A DNA stretch of 64,000 nucleotides from Candidatus Nanopelagicales bacterium (GTDB lineage: Bacteria > Actinomycetota > Actinomycetes > S36-B12). The DNA is taken from contig JBDQFC010000011.1 in assembly GCA_040266055.1 (NCBI GenBank), positions 4,377 through 68,376 of the forward strand, given 5' to 3'. Numbering within the stretch: position 1 is the stretch's first letter; the number at the start of each line of letters is the position of its first letter. The translations under genes and the position numbers were made by a program. Below, piece by piece: positions 18,877 to 30,489 of this stretch. Under the pieces are notes generated by a model, which ran no database searches, had not been told where the DNA came from, and saw nothing but the letters and a program-made list of their open reading frames with translations.

Positions 18877-19536
18877 GTGGAGCCCGATGCCGTAGTCCCG
18901 GCTGACCTGCCTGAACAACAGGCGATGCCGGTAGGGGCCCGAACGTCGTGGGTCCACCGTCGCTGGGTGCCCTGGGTCGCCGGTCTTCTGGCGTTCGCCC
19001 TGACCCTCCTTATCGGAGGGCTGCTCGTCGTTGACTCCGTGTGGCGCAGCGTCGAGATGCGGGCCTTGATCGAGCGGGTTGAAGCATCCGAGGCGGTCAT
19101 GGTCGCTCTGCAAGATTCGGCTGATCTGGCCTTTGAGCTTCACGGGGCGGGCTCGGATCCGGACAAGCTCGACAGCGAACTGCGCAACCTTGCCTCCACG
19201 GCTGGACCGGACATCGCTGCTGCGGGTGATCGAGTCGCCGCGCTACCTATCGCTGTCTGGCATACCGATATCGAGCGGGCGCGGGACGCCTACCTTGCGC
19301 ACAATCGGGCGTGGCAGGAGTACATGGAGCGAGCTTCGCAGTCCGCCGCTGAGTTCGTGGCGCCGCAGCCATTGGTGAACCAAACGTTTTTTGACGCCGA
19401 GGCTCCGTTTTATCGGGCGGTCCCGGTGCCGGATCTTTTCGATCTGCGGCAGCGAGTAGCACTCATCTTCGCCGACACCGCAGAGGAGAGCGGTTCGTCC
19501 GGCGAGCAAATTCTCTTGACCGTGAGCGCCAACTAA
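18877..19536 (+). CDS. Hypothetical single-pass membrane protein with helical extracytoplasmic domain
   Basis: One hydrophobic segment (WVAGLLAFALTLLIGGLLVV) followed by a helical region. CACAAT-N7-GTG suggests a start at 18877; ATG 18868 is the alternative. Confidence 0.6.
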   Translation: MEPDAVVPADLPEQQAMPVGARTSWVHRRWVPWVAGLLAFALTLLIGGLLVVDSVWRSVEMRALIERVEASEAVMVALQDSADLAFELHGAGSDPDKLDSELRNLASTAGPDIAAAGDRVAALPIAVWHTDIERARDAYLAHNRAWQEYMERASQSAAEFVAPQPLVNQTFFDAEAPFYRAVPVPDLFDLRQRVALIFADTAEESGSSGEQILLTVSAN

Positions 19537-21956
19537 CCCACGAGTTCGGCTTTGCGTTCGTCCTCCGGCTGCTCGGCGCTGGCTAGCTTGCTCGGCCACC
19601 AGACTTTGCGTCCGATTGTGTATGCCAATGCCGGCACCAAGGTGGTGCGAACAATGAACGCGTCGATCAAGACGCCGAGTGCCACGGCGAAGCCCACCTG
19701 TCGTAGCGCGACGAGCGGCAACACACCCAAGACGAGGAATGTCGCTGCCAGCACGATGCCCGCACTGGTGATCACACCTCCGGTCACGGTAAGGCCGCGC
19801 AGGATGCCCGGTCTCGTGCCGATGGTCTTCGACTCCTCGCGCACCCGTGTCATCAAGAAGATGTTGTAGTCCACACCCAGAGCAACGAGGAACACGAAGG
19901 CGAAGAGCGGGAACGATGCGTCCGCGCCGGGGAAGTCGAAGATGTAGTTGAAGGCGATGGCGCAGGCACCGAGTGTCGCGAAGAAGGACAGGATCACCGT
20001 GCCGATGAGCAGGAGCGGTGCGACCAGTGAGCGCAGCAAGATGATCAAGATGATCGAGATAACGAAGAGCACCAGCGGGATAATCACGTTGCGATCACGC
20101 AGATTTGCCTGGTCGATGTCGTAGGCAACGGCAGTCGGGCCACCGACGCGTGCGTCGGCTCCAGGAATGCCTGCCAGTTCACCCCGCAGTTCTCCGATCA
20201 AGACCTCAGCGGCCTTTGAGTCCGGCGGATCTGACAAGGTCGCCAGCAACAGCACACGTCCGTCAACGACCTTCGGTTCGGCCATCTGATTTCCGGGTGC
20301 TCCCGGCGGCAGGTCCGTTTGCCACATGACGCTGTCGATGCCCGGGGTCGACTCCACTGCTTCCAGGACGTCTTGGGCCGAGTCCTGGTTTGCCGTTACC
20401 AGCGTCTCGCTGCCGAGCCCGGCTGCGAAGTTCTCGACCAAAATCTCCTGGCCGATGACCGAGTCAACTTCGGAGGCGTTCACGAAAGACTCAGACGTCG
20501 CCACACCATCTGCCTTTAGCGTGGTGCTGAATCCGGCGAGGATCAGCAGCGCGAGTGCGGTTGCGATCCACGTGAACTTCGGGCGACGTCCTACGCCGCC
20601 GGCGATTCTCGCCCAGAGCCCAGACATCTTGATGTCTTCCTCGCCGTAGCGGGGAGTGCGCGGCCAAAAGGCCCAACTGCCGGAGGGGAAACGTTCACGG
20701 GTGAACGGACCTTTGCCCTTGACCCGCAAGATGCCGAAGACGACCCACGCGAGGATCGTGACGAGGGCCAGAACCCCACCGGTCCCCACGAAAGGCAGTA
20801 GCGGGATGTCGATCAGGAAGCCGATGGCCAGGCCGATGATCGTCGGAACCAGGAACGCGAGGATCGGCAGCACGATGCTGGGGATGGTCAGGAGCGCGGG
20901 AAGGAACGTGAGCATCACAATCACGGCAGCGACGATCCCGATTGCGGAGACAGGTCCGGTCGACTTGTTGGAGTTCAACTCGCTGAGCAGCAGACACATC
21001 AGGCCGATAGATGTGGTGGCACCTGACGCGACGATCGGTTCGACCGTACCGCGAAGTGCTCGGCGGATGGCCGCAGTGTGGATGCGGTGGTGGTGCAGCT
21101 CCTCGCGATATCTACTGACGAGTAGTAGTGAGTAGTCGGTACCGGCACCGAACACCAGGACCGTCAAGATGCCCTGACTTTGGCCGTTTAGGACGAGGAT
21201 GTTGTTGTCTGCGAGGACGTAGACGAGTGCGCTGGCAGTCGAGAGCGCGATGCCCGCGGCGATCAACGGGATCAACCACAAGAACGGGCTGCGGTAGACG
21301 AAGATCAAGATGATCGCGACGACCAGCGCGGTGGCGATGAGCAGGGTTGTGTCGATTGCGCCGAAGACCTCGATGAGGTCGGCGAGGAAGCCTCCGGGGC
21401 CGGTGACGTTGATCTGAAGGTCCGGGTACTCGCCGGCGGCTTCGCGAATCGCATCGACTATCCCGAGGAAGGCAATTTCGCCGTTCTCGAGTTGCGCGGA
21501 GCCGAGGTCGCCATTGACAGCGACGTTGATCAGAACAGCATCGCCGTCGGCTGACGGAATCGGGACGAGCGGTACCGGATCTAGATAGGCGGAGACGAGA
21601 TCGCCGTCGGGGACCTGGAGTGTGGGGATCTGCTGGATTAGGGAGCCGATGGATTGCTGGTCGGTTGCGGTGAACTGGCCACCGTCAGGCTTGGAGATCA
21701 CGACGAGTAGTGGGATCGCGGTGCTATCGGCGAACTGAGCTTGCTCGTCGGCGACGAGGGTGGACTCGGCCGAGGAGGGCAGGAAAGCGGCGTTGTCGTT
21801 CTCTTGGACCTGGGACAACTGTCCGGCCAGCGGGCCGGCCCAGCTGGAGATGAGCAGCCAGCCGATGGCGACGGCGATAGCGAGCCAAACGCCCTTGCGG
21901 GCAGATGGGGTTCGGTCAGGGGTGCAGGAATCGACTTCTGGGGCCCGAGTATTCAC
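19533..21956 (-). CDS. MMPL (RND superfamily) transporter
   Basis: FLPSSAEST, TGPGG, YRSP.LW, FGAGTDY.LLL.SRYREEL and ALGVDYNIFL.TRVREE. Confidence 0.92.
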   Translation of the reverse strand: MNTRAPEVDSCTPDRTPSARKGVWLAIAVAIGWLLISSWAGPLAGQLSQVQENDNAAFLPSSAESTLVADEQAQFADSTAIPLLVVISKPDGGQFTATDQQSIGSLIQQIPTLQVPDGDLVSAYLDPVPLVPIPSADGDAVLINVAVNGDLGSAQLENGEIAFLGIVDAIREAAGEYPDLQINVTGPGGFLADLIEVFGAIDTTLLIATALVVAIILIFVYRSPFLWLIPLIAAGIALSTASALVYVLADNNILVLNGQSQGILTVLVFGAGTDYSLLLVSRYREELHHHRIHTAAIRRALRGTVEPIVASGATTSIGLMCLLLSELNSNKSTGPVSAIGIVAAVIVMLTFLPALLTIPSIVLPILAFLVPTIIGLAIGFLIDIPLLPFVGTGGVLALVTILAWVVFGILRVKGKGPFTRERFPSGSWAFWPRTPRYGEEDIKMSGLWARIAGGVGRRPKFTWIATALALLILAGFSTTLKADGVATSESFVNASEVDSVIGQEILVENFAAGLGSETLVTANQDSAQDVLEAVESTPGIDSVMWQTDLPPGAPGNQMAEPKVVDGRVLLLATLSDPPDSKAAEVLIGELRGELAGIPGADARVGGPTAVAYDIDQANLRDRNVIIPLVLFVISIILIILLRSLVAPLLLIGTVILSFFATLGACAIAFNYIFDFPGADASFPLFAFVFLVALGVDYNIFLMTRVREESKTIGTRPGILRGLTVTGGVITSAGIVLAATFLVLGVLPLVALRQVGFAVALGVLIDAFIVRTTLVPALAYTIGRKVWWPSKLASAEQPEDERKAELVG

Positions 21957-22023
21957 GGGTGCATATTTCCCGACGCCGCGTCGGTGCGCCACTTGGCACC
22001 GCTGTGCTCGCTAGCGTTCCCCC

Positions 22024-22434
22024 GTGGACGAGGTCAGGTACATCCGAGGGGTGCTCGCGGCCGGTTCTGTCATCTTCGCGGTCTCTTCAGTGGCCCTGTT
22101 GGTGTTACCGGGCTGGTTCGCCGAGGCGCTGGGCATGCGCCCGTCGGTCGAGGCCGAGTGGGCACTGCGCATGGTGGGCGCCTGCCTTGTGGCGCTGGCC
22201 GGTCAAATGTGGCTCGTGCGTCGCGCCGACCGGCCAGGCATCCGGGGTGCGGCGGCGGTCATGATCGTCGGCGGCGGCTTGATGACACTGCTCACGGTTT
22301 TCCTACCCGCCGATGAGGGGTGGACTCTGGTTCGCTGGCTTTACCTGCTGTTCGGCTCGAGCTTCATGATCGCCTACGCCGGCCTGCTCTACCTGGGCCT
22401 ACGCGACACCCCCCGTCCGCGCCAACGCAGCTAA
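22024..22434 (+). CDS. Hypothetical four-helix membrane protein
   Basis: Four hydrophobic segments. Leaderless TAGCGT-N6-GTG. Confidence 0.65.
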   Translation: MDEVRYIRGVLAAGSVIFAVSSVALLVLPGWFAEALGMRPSVEAEWALRMVGACLVALAGQMWLVRRADRPGIRGAAAVMIVGGGLMTLLTVFLPADEGWTLVRWLYLLFGSSFMIAYAGLLYLGLRDTPRPRQRS

Positions 22435-22559
22435 CCCCCGCTTCCCATACTCCGGGGATCGACCGTCGTCTCCCCAGAAACTTGCTTGTACGTGCACTTC
22501 TTCCCAGCATTCGAGAGCGCGTCGTTGCTGTTCCGGGGATCGCCGTAGGCTGTGTGTCT

Positions 22560-24883
<2,324 letters not shown>

Positions 24884-24889
24884 CGGCGC

Positions 24890-25642
24890 CTAGTAGCCGA
24901 GTACCTCGTAGTCGCGTTCGTAGATCGAGCGAACCTTCGCGCGCAACTCTGCTGAGTAGTACTGGTCGACCTTGGCTGAGGCTCCGGTGGAGTTTTTGCA
25001 GAAAAAGGTCTCGCGAAGATTAGCAATACCGGTCAACTCCGATACCCGATCCCATGACGCATCAAGTTGCTCCAAGTGGATGACGTCGTCGTAGTTCACC
25101 AATCCCAGACCAAGGTGATCGGCTTGACGGCGCCAGTGCGGATCTTGCTCGCGCGATGACTGAGCAGCGATCACATCGAGGAACTGCGCAAAGGTGATAT
25201 CCGACGCAGGAATTCCTAATTCCGCCACGATCGGTTCGCTCTGCTTCAAGCCCTGACCGATTTTTTCCAGATAGCCCGACAAAACGCGCGACGCAGGATC
25301 GCGAACGACCGACAAGCGAGTGAAGTCAGAAGAGGTGAACACCGCCTCCAGCATGTCCGCCGGCAACTGGAACGGCTTGACGAACGGTGTCGCATTCATG
25401 CGGTTGTGGGGAGCCACCTGAACTCGCTCCACTAATCCAGGGCCTTTGCGTGAAGCCTCGAGGCCACCAAGTGTCGCCTTCATGGTTCCGCAGCCTGCTT
25501 TAGGAACCTCGACGTAGACGTACTTGTTTACCAGGGAGATATGGGTGTGCATATTGACCGAGCGCCAGCCCATGGACTTCACATACTCGCGGGTTACCGG
25601 TCCGAGGTCAGAGCGCGATGGACGAAGGTCGGGAACGCTCAC
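24890..25642 (-). CDS. Sulfotransferase family 2-like protein
   Basis: 5'-PSB-like YVEVPKAGCGTMK, 3'-PB-like VRDPASRVLSGY, DPHW..Q, and C-terminal IYERDY..LGY. Confidence 0.75.
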   Translation of the reverse strand: MSVPDLRPSRSDLGPVTREYVKSMGWRSVNMHTHISLVNKYVYVEVPKAGCGTMKATLGGLEASRKGPGLVERVQVAPHNRMNATPFVKPFQLPADMLEAVFTSSDFTRLSVVRDPASRVLSGYLEKIGQGLKQSEPIVAELGIPASDITFAQFLDVIAAQSSREQDPHWRRQADHLGLGLVNYDDVIHLEQLDASWDRVSELTGIANLRETFFCKNSTGASAKVDQYYSAELRAKVRSIYERDYEVLGY

Positions 25643-25654
25643 CGGACCTCCTTG

Positions 25655-25695
25655 AGAAAAGGGATGGGGCAGGTGCTCAAGGCTCCTGCCCCATC
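25655..25695 (-). terminator. Stem-loop downstream of tRNA-Pro
   Basis: GATGGGGCAGG (25663-25673) pairs with CCTGCCCCATC (25685-25695). Followed on the minus strand by CCTTTTCT. Confidence 0.6.
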
Positions 25696-25699
25696 AGCG

Positions 25700-25773
<74 letters not shown>

Positions 25774-25832
25774 AGTGCCCCGTGCAGGGCCGTGTGAGTC
25801 TAGCCGACCCTAGGTGGTGGGTTCGACGGCGC

Positions 25833-26720
25833 TTATCCGGTGTTCGATGTCAAGGTGAGCAGCGTCGCCTCGGGCGGACAGGCGAATCGGAAAGGGGCGT
25901 AGGGCGAGGTCCCCAGTCCGGCGCTGACGTGCAAAGCACTGCCGCCGTGTTTGCTGAGTCCGCGCGCACGCTTGGTATCGAGATCGCAATTGGTGACCAG
26001 TGCGCCGTAGCCCGGGACGCGCAACTGACCGCCGTGTGTATGGCCAGCCATGATCAAGTGCGCACCGTCCGCAGCCATCGGGTTCAGAACGCGCAAGTAG
26101 GGAGCGTGCGCGACGGCGAGGGCGAGATCTGCGCCCGGGTCGAAGGCACCTGCGACGTCGTCGTACTTATCCCTACCGATGTGGGGATCGTCCACACCGC
26201 GGATATCGATCTCGCGGCCGTCGGCCTTGAGCCGGGACTTGGTGTTCGTGAGGTCCGACCAACCACCGGCGGTAAGCCCAGCAACCAGGTCCTGCCACGG
26301 CAGCATCGGGCGGTTGGGCTGCAGCCCGGACGGACCTTGCAGGTAGCGAGCAGGGTTGATCGGTTTGGGCGCGTAGTAGTCGTTACTTCCCAGCACGAAC
26401 GCGCCCGGAATGTCGAATAGCGGCTCGAGGGTGTCGATCACTTCGGGGATCGCATCTTCATGAGACAGGAAATCGCCAGTGGCGATCACCGCATCGGGAT
26501 TGAGTTCACGCAGACTTGACACCCAAGCCTTCTTCTTCGGCTGCCCGGGCACCAGATGAAGATCGGATAGGTGCAGCACCCGCAAGTCCGGTTGCTGCGT
26601 GGGCAGCACTCGAACGGTGGCACGGCGCAGGGTGAAGCGCTGGGACTCCCAGCGTGCGTAGGCAAGCGCTCCGACGCCGAGCCCAATAGCCGACGTCAGC
26701 AGCCGCCCGGTCGTGTTCAC
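25833..26720 (-). CDS. Metallophosphoesterase (Rv3683-like)
   Basis: LHLSDLH, TGD, GSNDY, AGHTHGGQ and SAGLG. Confidence 0.9.
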   Translation of the reverse strand: MNTTGRLLTSAIGLGVGALAYARWESQRFTLRRATVRVLPTQQPDLRVLHLSDLHLVPGQPKKKAWVSSLRELNPDAVIATGDFLSHEDAIPEVIDTLEPLFDIPGAFVLGSNDYYAPKPINPARYLQGPSGLQPNRPMLPWQDLVAGLTAGGWSDLTNTKSRLKADGREIDIRGVDDPHIGRDKYDDVAGAFDPGADLALAVAHAPYLRVLNPMAADGAHLIMAGHTHGGQLRVPGYGALVTNCDLDTKRARGLSKHGGSALHVSAGLGTSPYAPFRFACPPEATLLTLTSNTG

Positions 26721-26770
26721 CTGACCATGATGACACGGCCAGATGGCTGCGCCGGTGGCAAGATGCGCCC

Positions 26771-27235
26771 ATGGCCGAGTTGAAGGATCAATTGCAATCT
26801 GACCTAACCGAATCAATGAAGGCGCGCGATGAGGTTCGCTCCGGAACCATCCGCATGGTGCTTTCGGCGATCACCACCGAGGAAGTCTCCGGAAAAGAAG
26901 CGCGCGAATTAACCGACGACGACGTCATCACGGTGCTCGGCCGCGAAGCCAAGAAGCGGCGCGAGGCCGCTGATGCCTACGACGACGCAGGTCGCGTCGA
27001 CTTGGCCGACAAGGAGCGTGCAGAGCTCACAGTCATCGAGGGCTACCTGCCCGAGCAAATGTCCGACGACGATCTGGCCGCGATCATTGAAGCCGCGGTT
27101 GCGGAGGTAGCGGCGTCAGGAGCCGAGGGCGGCAAGGCGATGGGTGCGGTCATGAAGATCGTGCAGCCCCAAGTCAAGGGCCGTGCCGATGGCGGTGTTG
27201 TCGCAGCGAAGGTGAAGTCCGCGCTGGGAATGTAG
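26771..27235 (+). CDS. GatB/YqeY domain protein
   Basis: MKARD...REAKKRREA...YLP.Q...MGAVMK...GRADG. Confidence 0.9.
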   Translation: MAELKDQLQSDLTESMKARDEVRSGTIRMVLSAITTEEVSGKEARELTDDDVITVLGREAKKRREAADAYDDAGRVDLADKERAELTVIEGYLPEQMSDDDLAAIIEAAVAEVAASGAEGGKAMGAVMKIVQPQVKGRADGGVVAAKVKSALGM

Positions 27236-27243
27236 GGCAGTGA

Positions 27244-29805
27244 CTACGCGGCCGGGTCTGGCTGCGCTGGAACTGGCTCGACTGGTGCGGGTTCTAGTGG
27301 ATCGGGCTGCTCAGGCGCTGCTCCGTTTATGGTCAGCGTGACAACGGTTCCCACCGGTAAAACGCTGCCGGCTGGAATGGATTGGGCGATGACCGTGTCC
27401 GGTGGTGCAGCGGGATCGAATGCGATGACGACGTCGACCGCGTAGCCCTCGCGATCCATGATCGTTACCGCGTCCTGGAGTGGTGCCCCACGGCTCTCGG
27501 GCACGGTGTTGAAGCCGGTCGAGACGACGATGTCGACGGCCGTTTCGGGAACGGCGGGTCCTCCGGGCTCGGGCGTTTGTGTGATGACGGTGCCGGCGGG
27601 CTCGGAAGAGTTGACTTCGCTTATCTCTCCGAGTTCGAGGGTCACCTTGGCGAGCGCGGCGAGAATTTCCTCTGGCGTCCCCAAGCCCGTTAGGTCGGGA
27701 ACTTCGTTCACGTCGAAGACCGAGGTTGGCAAATCGGTGCTTAAGACGAAACTCTCGACGGGCTTGTCTGCCAAGGCTGCTTCCATGCTGGCTTTCCAGA
27801 TCGGTCCAGCGAGGGTTCCACCGAACACCTGCCTGTAGTAGGTGCCGTTGATGGTGATGTCCTTGAGCGGGTACGCAAAGCCCCCTCGAGGGTCACCGAC
27901 CCAGACAGCGGTGGCGACCTGGGGTGTGAATCCGGCGAACCACACCGCCGCGGACTCATTGGTGGTTCCGGTCTTGCCCGCAGCCGGTTGCGGTGCAAGC
28001 GACATCCTTGAGCCAGTGCGTCCCGAAATTGGTCCATCAACGACGCCGGTCAGCAACTCAGTGACGGAGTCGGCCACCGCTCGATCAATTACCTGCGTAC
28101 ATTCCTCATCCGGCACTTGGAGCCGTCGTTGATTACGGTCGCGAACCTCGAGGATGCTGCGCGGCTTGCAGTATTGACCGTGCGCTGCGAAGGTCGCGTA
28201 CGCATTGGCCATGGCAAGGGGAGTTACTTCGGCAACGCCGAGGGTGAGTGTCGGCACCCTCGGCAACTCGTCGCCACTGCCGGTGTACACGCCCATCGCC
28301 TCGGCGATCTCTGCTGGGCGACAGATTCCGGTGCGTTCCTCAATGGCCATGAAGTAGGTATTTGTGGAAAAGGCCGTTGCCTGGGCCATCGTGATTACTC
28401 CGCCACTAGTTGAGTTGCGGACGGTCACTGGCGGAAACTGTGCCCCTGTTTCACAGTTAACGAACCCCTCGAAGGTTGCAGGGCTTGGCGAGTTGATGGG
28501 TTCGTATGGCGATATGCCGGCTTCGAGAGCAGCGGCGAGTGTGAAGACCTTGAATGTTGATCCGGCTTGCATGCCGATCGTGCCGCCCATTGAGCGGTCG
28601 GTGTTGTAGTTGTAGGTGGTCTTACCGACCCCGGAAGTACCCCAAGTGCGATTTTGAGTCATCGCGATGATGTTGCCGGTTCCGGGCTCGACCATGGATA
28701 CAGCGGCGGCCTTCCGGCTTTCGTCGTTCGGTGGAATGAATGAGTTGACCGTATCCGTCGCGGCGCGCTGGACGTTGGGGTCAAGCGTTGTACGGATCGT
28801 GTACCCGCCTCGACGCAGGAACGCTTCGCGTTCTTCAGGTGTTTCACCGAAAGCATCGCTCGTGCGGATGGTCTGCAGAACGTAGTCGCAGAAGAACGGG
28901 GCGTACGACGACGTGCATCCGTTGGATGTGCGCGTCGGGTTCAGGACCTTCTCCATGGGAATTGCTGCTGCACGATCGGCTTGCTTGTCGGAGATGTACC
29001 CCAGCTCTGCCATTCGTCGGAGAATTACGTTTCGGCGCTGAGTCGCATTCTCGGGATTGCGCAGCGGGTCGTAGGCGGTTGGGCCCTTGACGATCCCGGC
29101 GAGGGTGGCAGCTTCGGTGAGATTAAGTTCAGCGGCCGGCTTGGAGAAGTAGCGACGCGATGCGGCCTCGACGCCGTAGGCGCCTGATCCGAAGTACGCG
29201 ATGTTGAGGTAGCGAGCAAGGATCTCACCTTTGCTGAAGCGCTTCTCGAGAGCTAAAGCCAGTCGCGCCTCTCGAATCTTGCGGGTGAAACTGTCACCAC
29301 GCGCAGCCTCGAGCTCTTCGGCGGATGCTGCTTGATTGACCAGGACGTTCTTGATGTATTGCATCGTCAAGGTCGACGAGCCTTGTTCGATGCCGCCTGC
29401 AGTGGTGTTGCGGGCGAGGGCGCGAACAACTCCGCGTGCATCGACTCCGTTGTGGTCCAAGAAACGCGCATCCTCAATCGCGATGATCGCTTGCCGCATC
29501 ACCGGCGCGATGCTCTCGAGGGGGACCTCCACGCGATTTTGGTAGTACAAGGTGGCGAGTAGCGAGCCATCCGAAGCCAAGATCACGGAGCGTTCGGGCA
29601 GAGGTGGGGTGCTTAAAGACACCGGCAGAGACTCAAACTCGGTGACGACGTCTCTGGTCAGGACCCCAGCGGCCCCAGCGAAGGGAAGCAGCATCAGACC
29701 CACGAGTCCACCGGCGATGATTGAGCCGATGCCGAAGGCCAAAAGTCGGCCTACGACCCCGACCGGAGATACCCGGCGCGGCTCGTCGTGCGATGTCATG
29801 CTCAT
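27244..29805 (-). CDS. ponA2: Bifunctional penicillin-binding protein (transglycosylase/transpeptidase) with PASTA domains
   Basis: AIEDARF..H.GVD, QGSSTLTMQY.KN, RKIRE, SxxK (STFK), SxN (STN), KTGT, and C-terminal PASTA-like repeats with a Pro-rich tail. Confidence 0.9.
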   Translation of the reverse strand: MSMTSHDEPRRVSPVGVVGRLLAFGIGSIIAGGLVGLMLLPFAGAAGVLTRDVVTEFESLPVSLSTPPLPERSVILASDGSLLATLYYQNRVEVPLESIAPVMRQAIIAIEDARFLDHNGVDARGVVRALARNTTAGGIEQGSSTLTMQYIKNVLVNQAASAEELEAARGDSFTRKIREARLALALEKRFSKGEILARYLNIAYFGSGAYGVEAASRRYFSKPAAELNLTEAATLAGIVKGPTAYDPLRNPENATQRRNVILRRMAELGYISDKQADRAAAIPMEKVLNPTRTSNGCTSSYAPFFCDYVLQTIRTSDAFGETPEEREAFLRRGGYTIRTTLDPNVQRAATDTVNSFIPPNDESRKAAAVSMVEPGTGNIIAMTQNRTWGTSGVGKTTYNYNTDRSMGGTIGMQAGSTFKVFTLAAALEAGISPYEPINSPSPATFEGFVNCETGAQFPPVTVRNSTSGGVITMAQATAFSTNTYFMAIEERTGICRPAEIAEAMGVYTGSGDELPRVPTLTLGVAEVTPLAMANAYATFAAHGQYCKPRSILEVRDRNQRRLQVPDEECTQVIDRAVADSVTELLTGVVDGPISGRTGSRMSLAPQPAAGKTGTTNESAAVWFAGFTPQVATAVWVGDPRGGFAYPLKDITINGTYYRQVFGGTLAGPIWKASMEAALADKPVESFVLSTDLPTSVFDVNEVPDLTGLGTPEEILAALAKVTLELGEISEVNSSEPAGTVITQTPEPGGPAVPETAVDIVVSTGFNTVPESRGAPLQDAVTIMDREGYAVDVVIAFDPAAPPDTVIAQSIPAGSVLPVGTVVTLTINGAAPEQPDPLEPAPVEPVPAQPDPAA

Positions 29806-30152
29806 GGGACGTCCAGGGTAAGCGCCCAGGTTCCGGACTCGGTGTTGGCATTGCCGTGAACAACCCGGTCAGATTCCCGAACCAGTGAAACGATTTGGGC
29901 GGTCGTAGAACGCGCCAGAGGTAGTGCAAGAAGTGCTCTTCAGTGTCGCAGTTGTGTCTCAGGAAGGTGCCTGACCTGTAGCGGAAGCCCGCTTAGCCGC
30001 GCTCTCCCCTCTAAGGATCGGCTCGGACTCAAAAAATAGTAATCAACAACTATTTAGAAATAGTCATTTAGAACCTAGCATGGAGGAAACGTGGGGCGTA
30101 CGTTCTGCCACCACCACAGGACATTCCCAGCACCACTCGTAGGAGGAACGAC

Positions 30153-30461
30153 GTGTCGTTGGACACCGACTGGGCCGCGCGGGCGGCGTGTCGCAGCACC
30201 GATCCGGATGCACTTTTCGTCCAAGGGGCGGCGCAGAACCGCGCTAAAGCCATATGCATGGGGTGTGATGTCCGAACCGAGTGTCTCTCTGACGCCCTCG
30301 ACAACCGAGTCGAGTTTGGTGTCTGGGGCGGGATGACCGAACGGGAGCGTCGGGCGCTCCTGCGTCGTCGTCCGCACGTGACGTCTTGGCGGAACCTGCT
30401 GGAGACGGCGCAGACCGAGTTTGAGCGAGGCGACATCTTCGCTCCAACCCGCGCGTCCTAA
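30153..30461 (+). CDS. whiB4: WhiB-family Fe-S transcription regulator WhiB4/WblA
   Basis: Four Cys, DPDALFVQGAAQNRAK and FGVWGGMTERERR. AGGAGG Shine-Dalgarno. Divergent from ponA2. Confidence 0.93.
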   Translation: MSLDTDWAARAACRSTDPDALFVQGAAQNRAKAICMGCDVRTECLSDALDNRVEFGVWGGMTERERRALLRRRPHVTSWRNLLETAQTEFERGDIFAPTRAS

Positions 30462-30489
30462 AGCGGCAGCGAAGGTTTCTGAGCCTGGC

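Noticed and set aside
22435-22559. Lysine riboswitch upstream of aspartate kinase
   Set aside because: The region is too short, lacks the consensus, and the gene appears leaderless.
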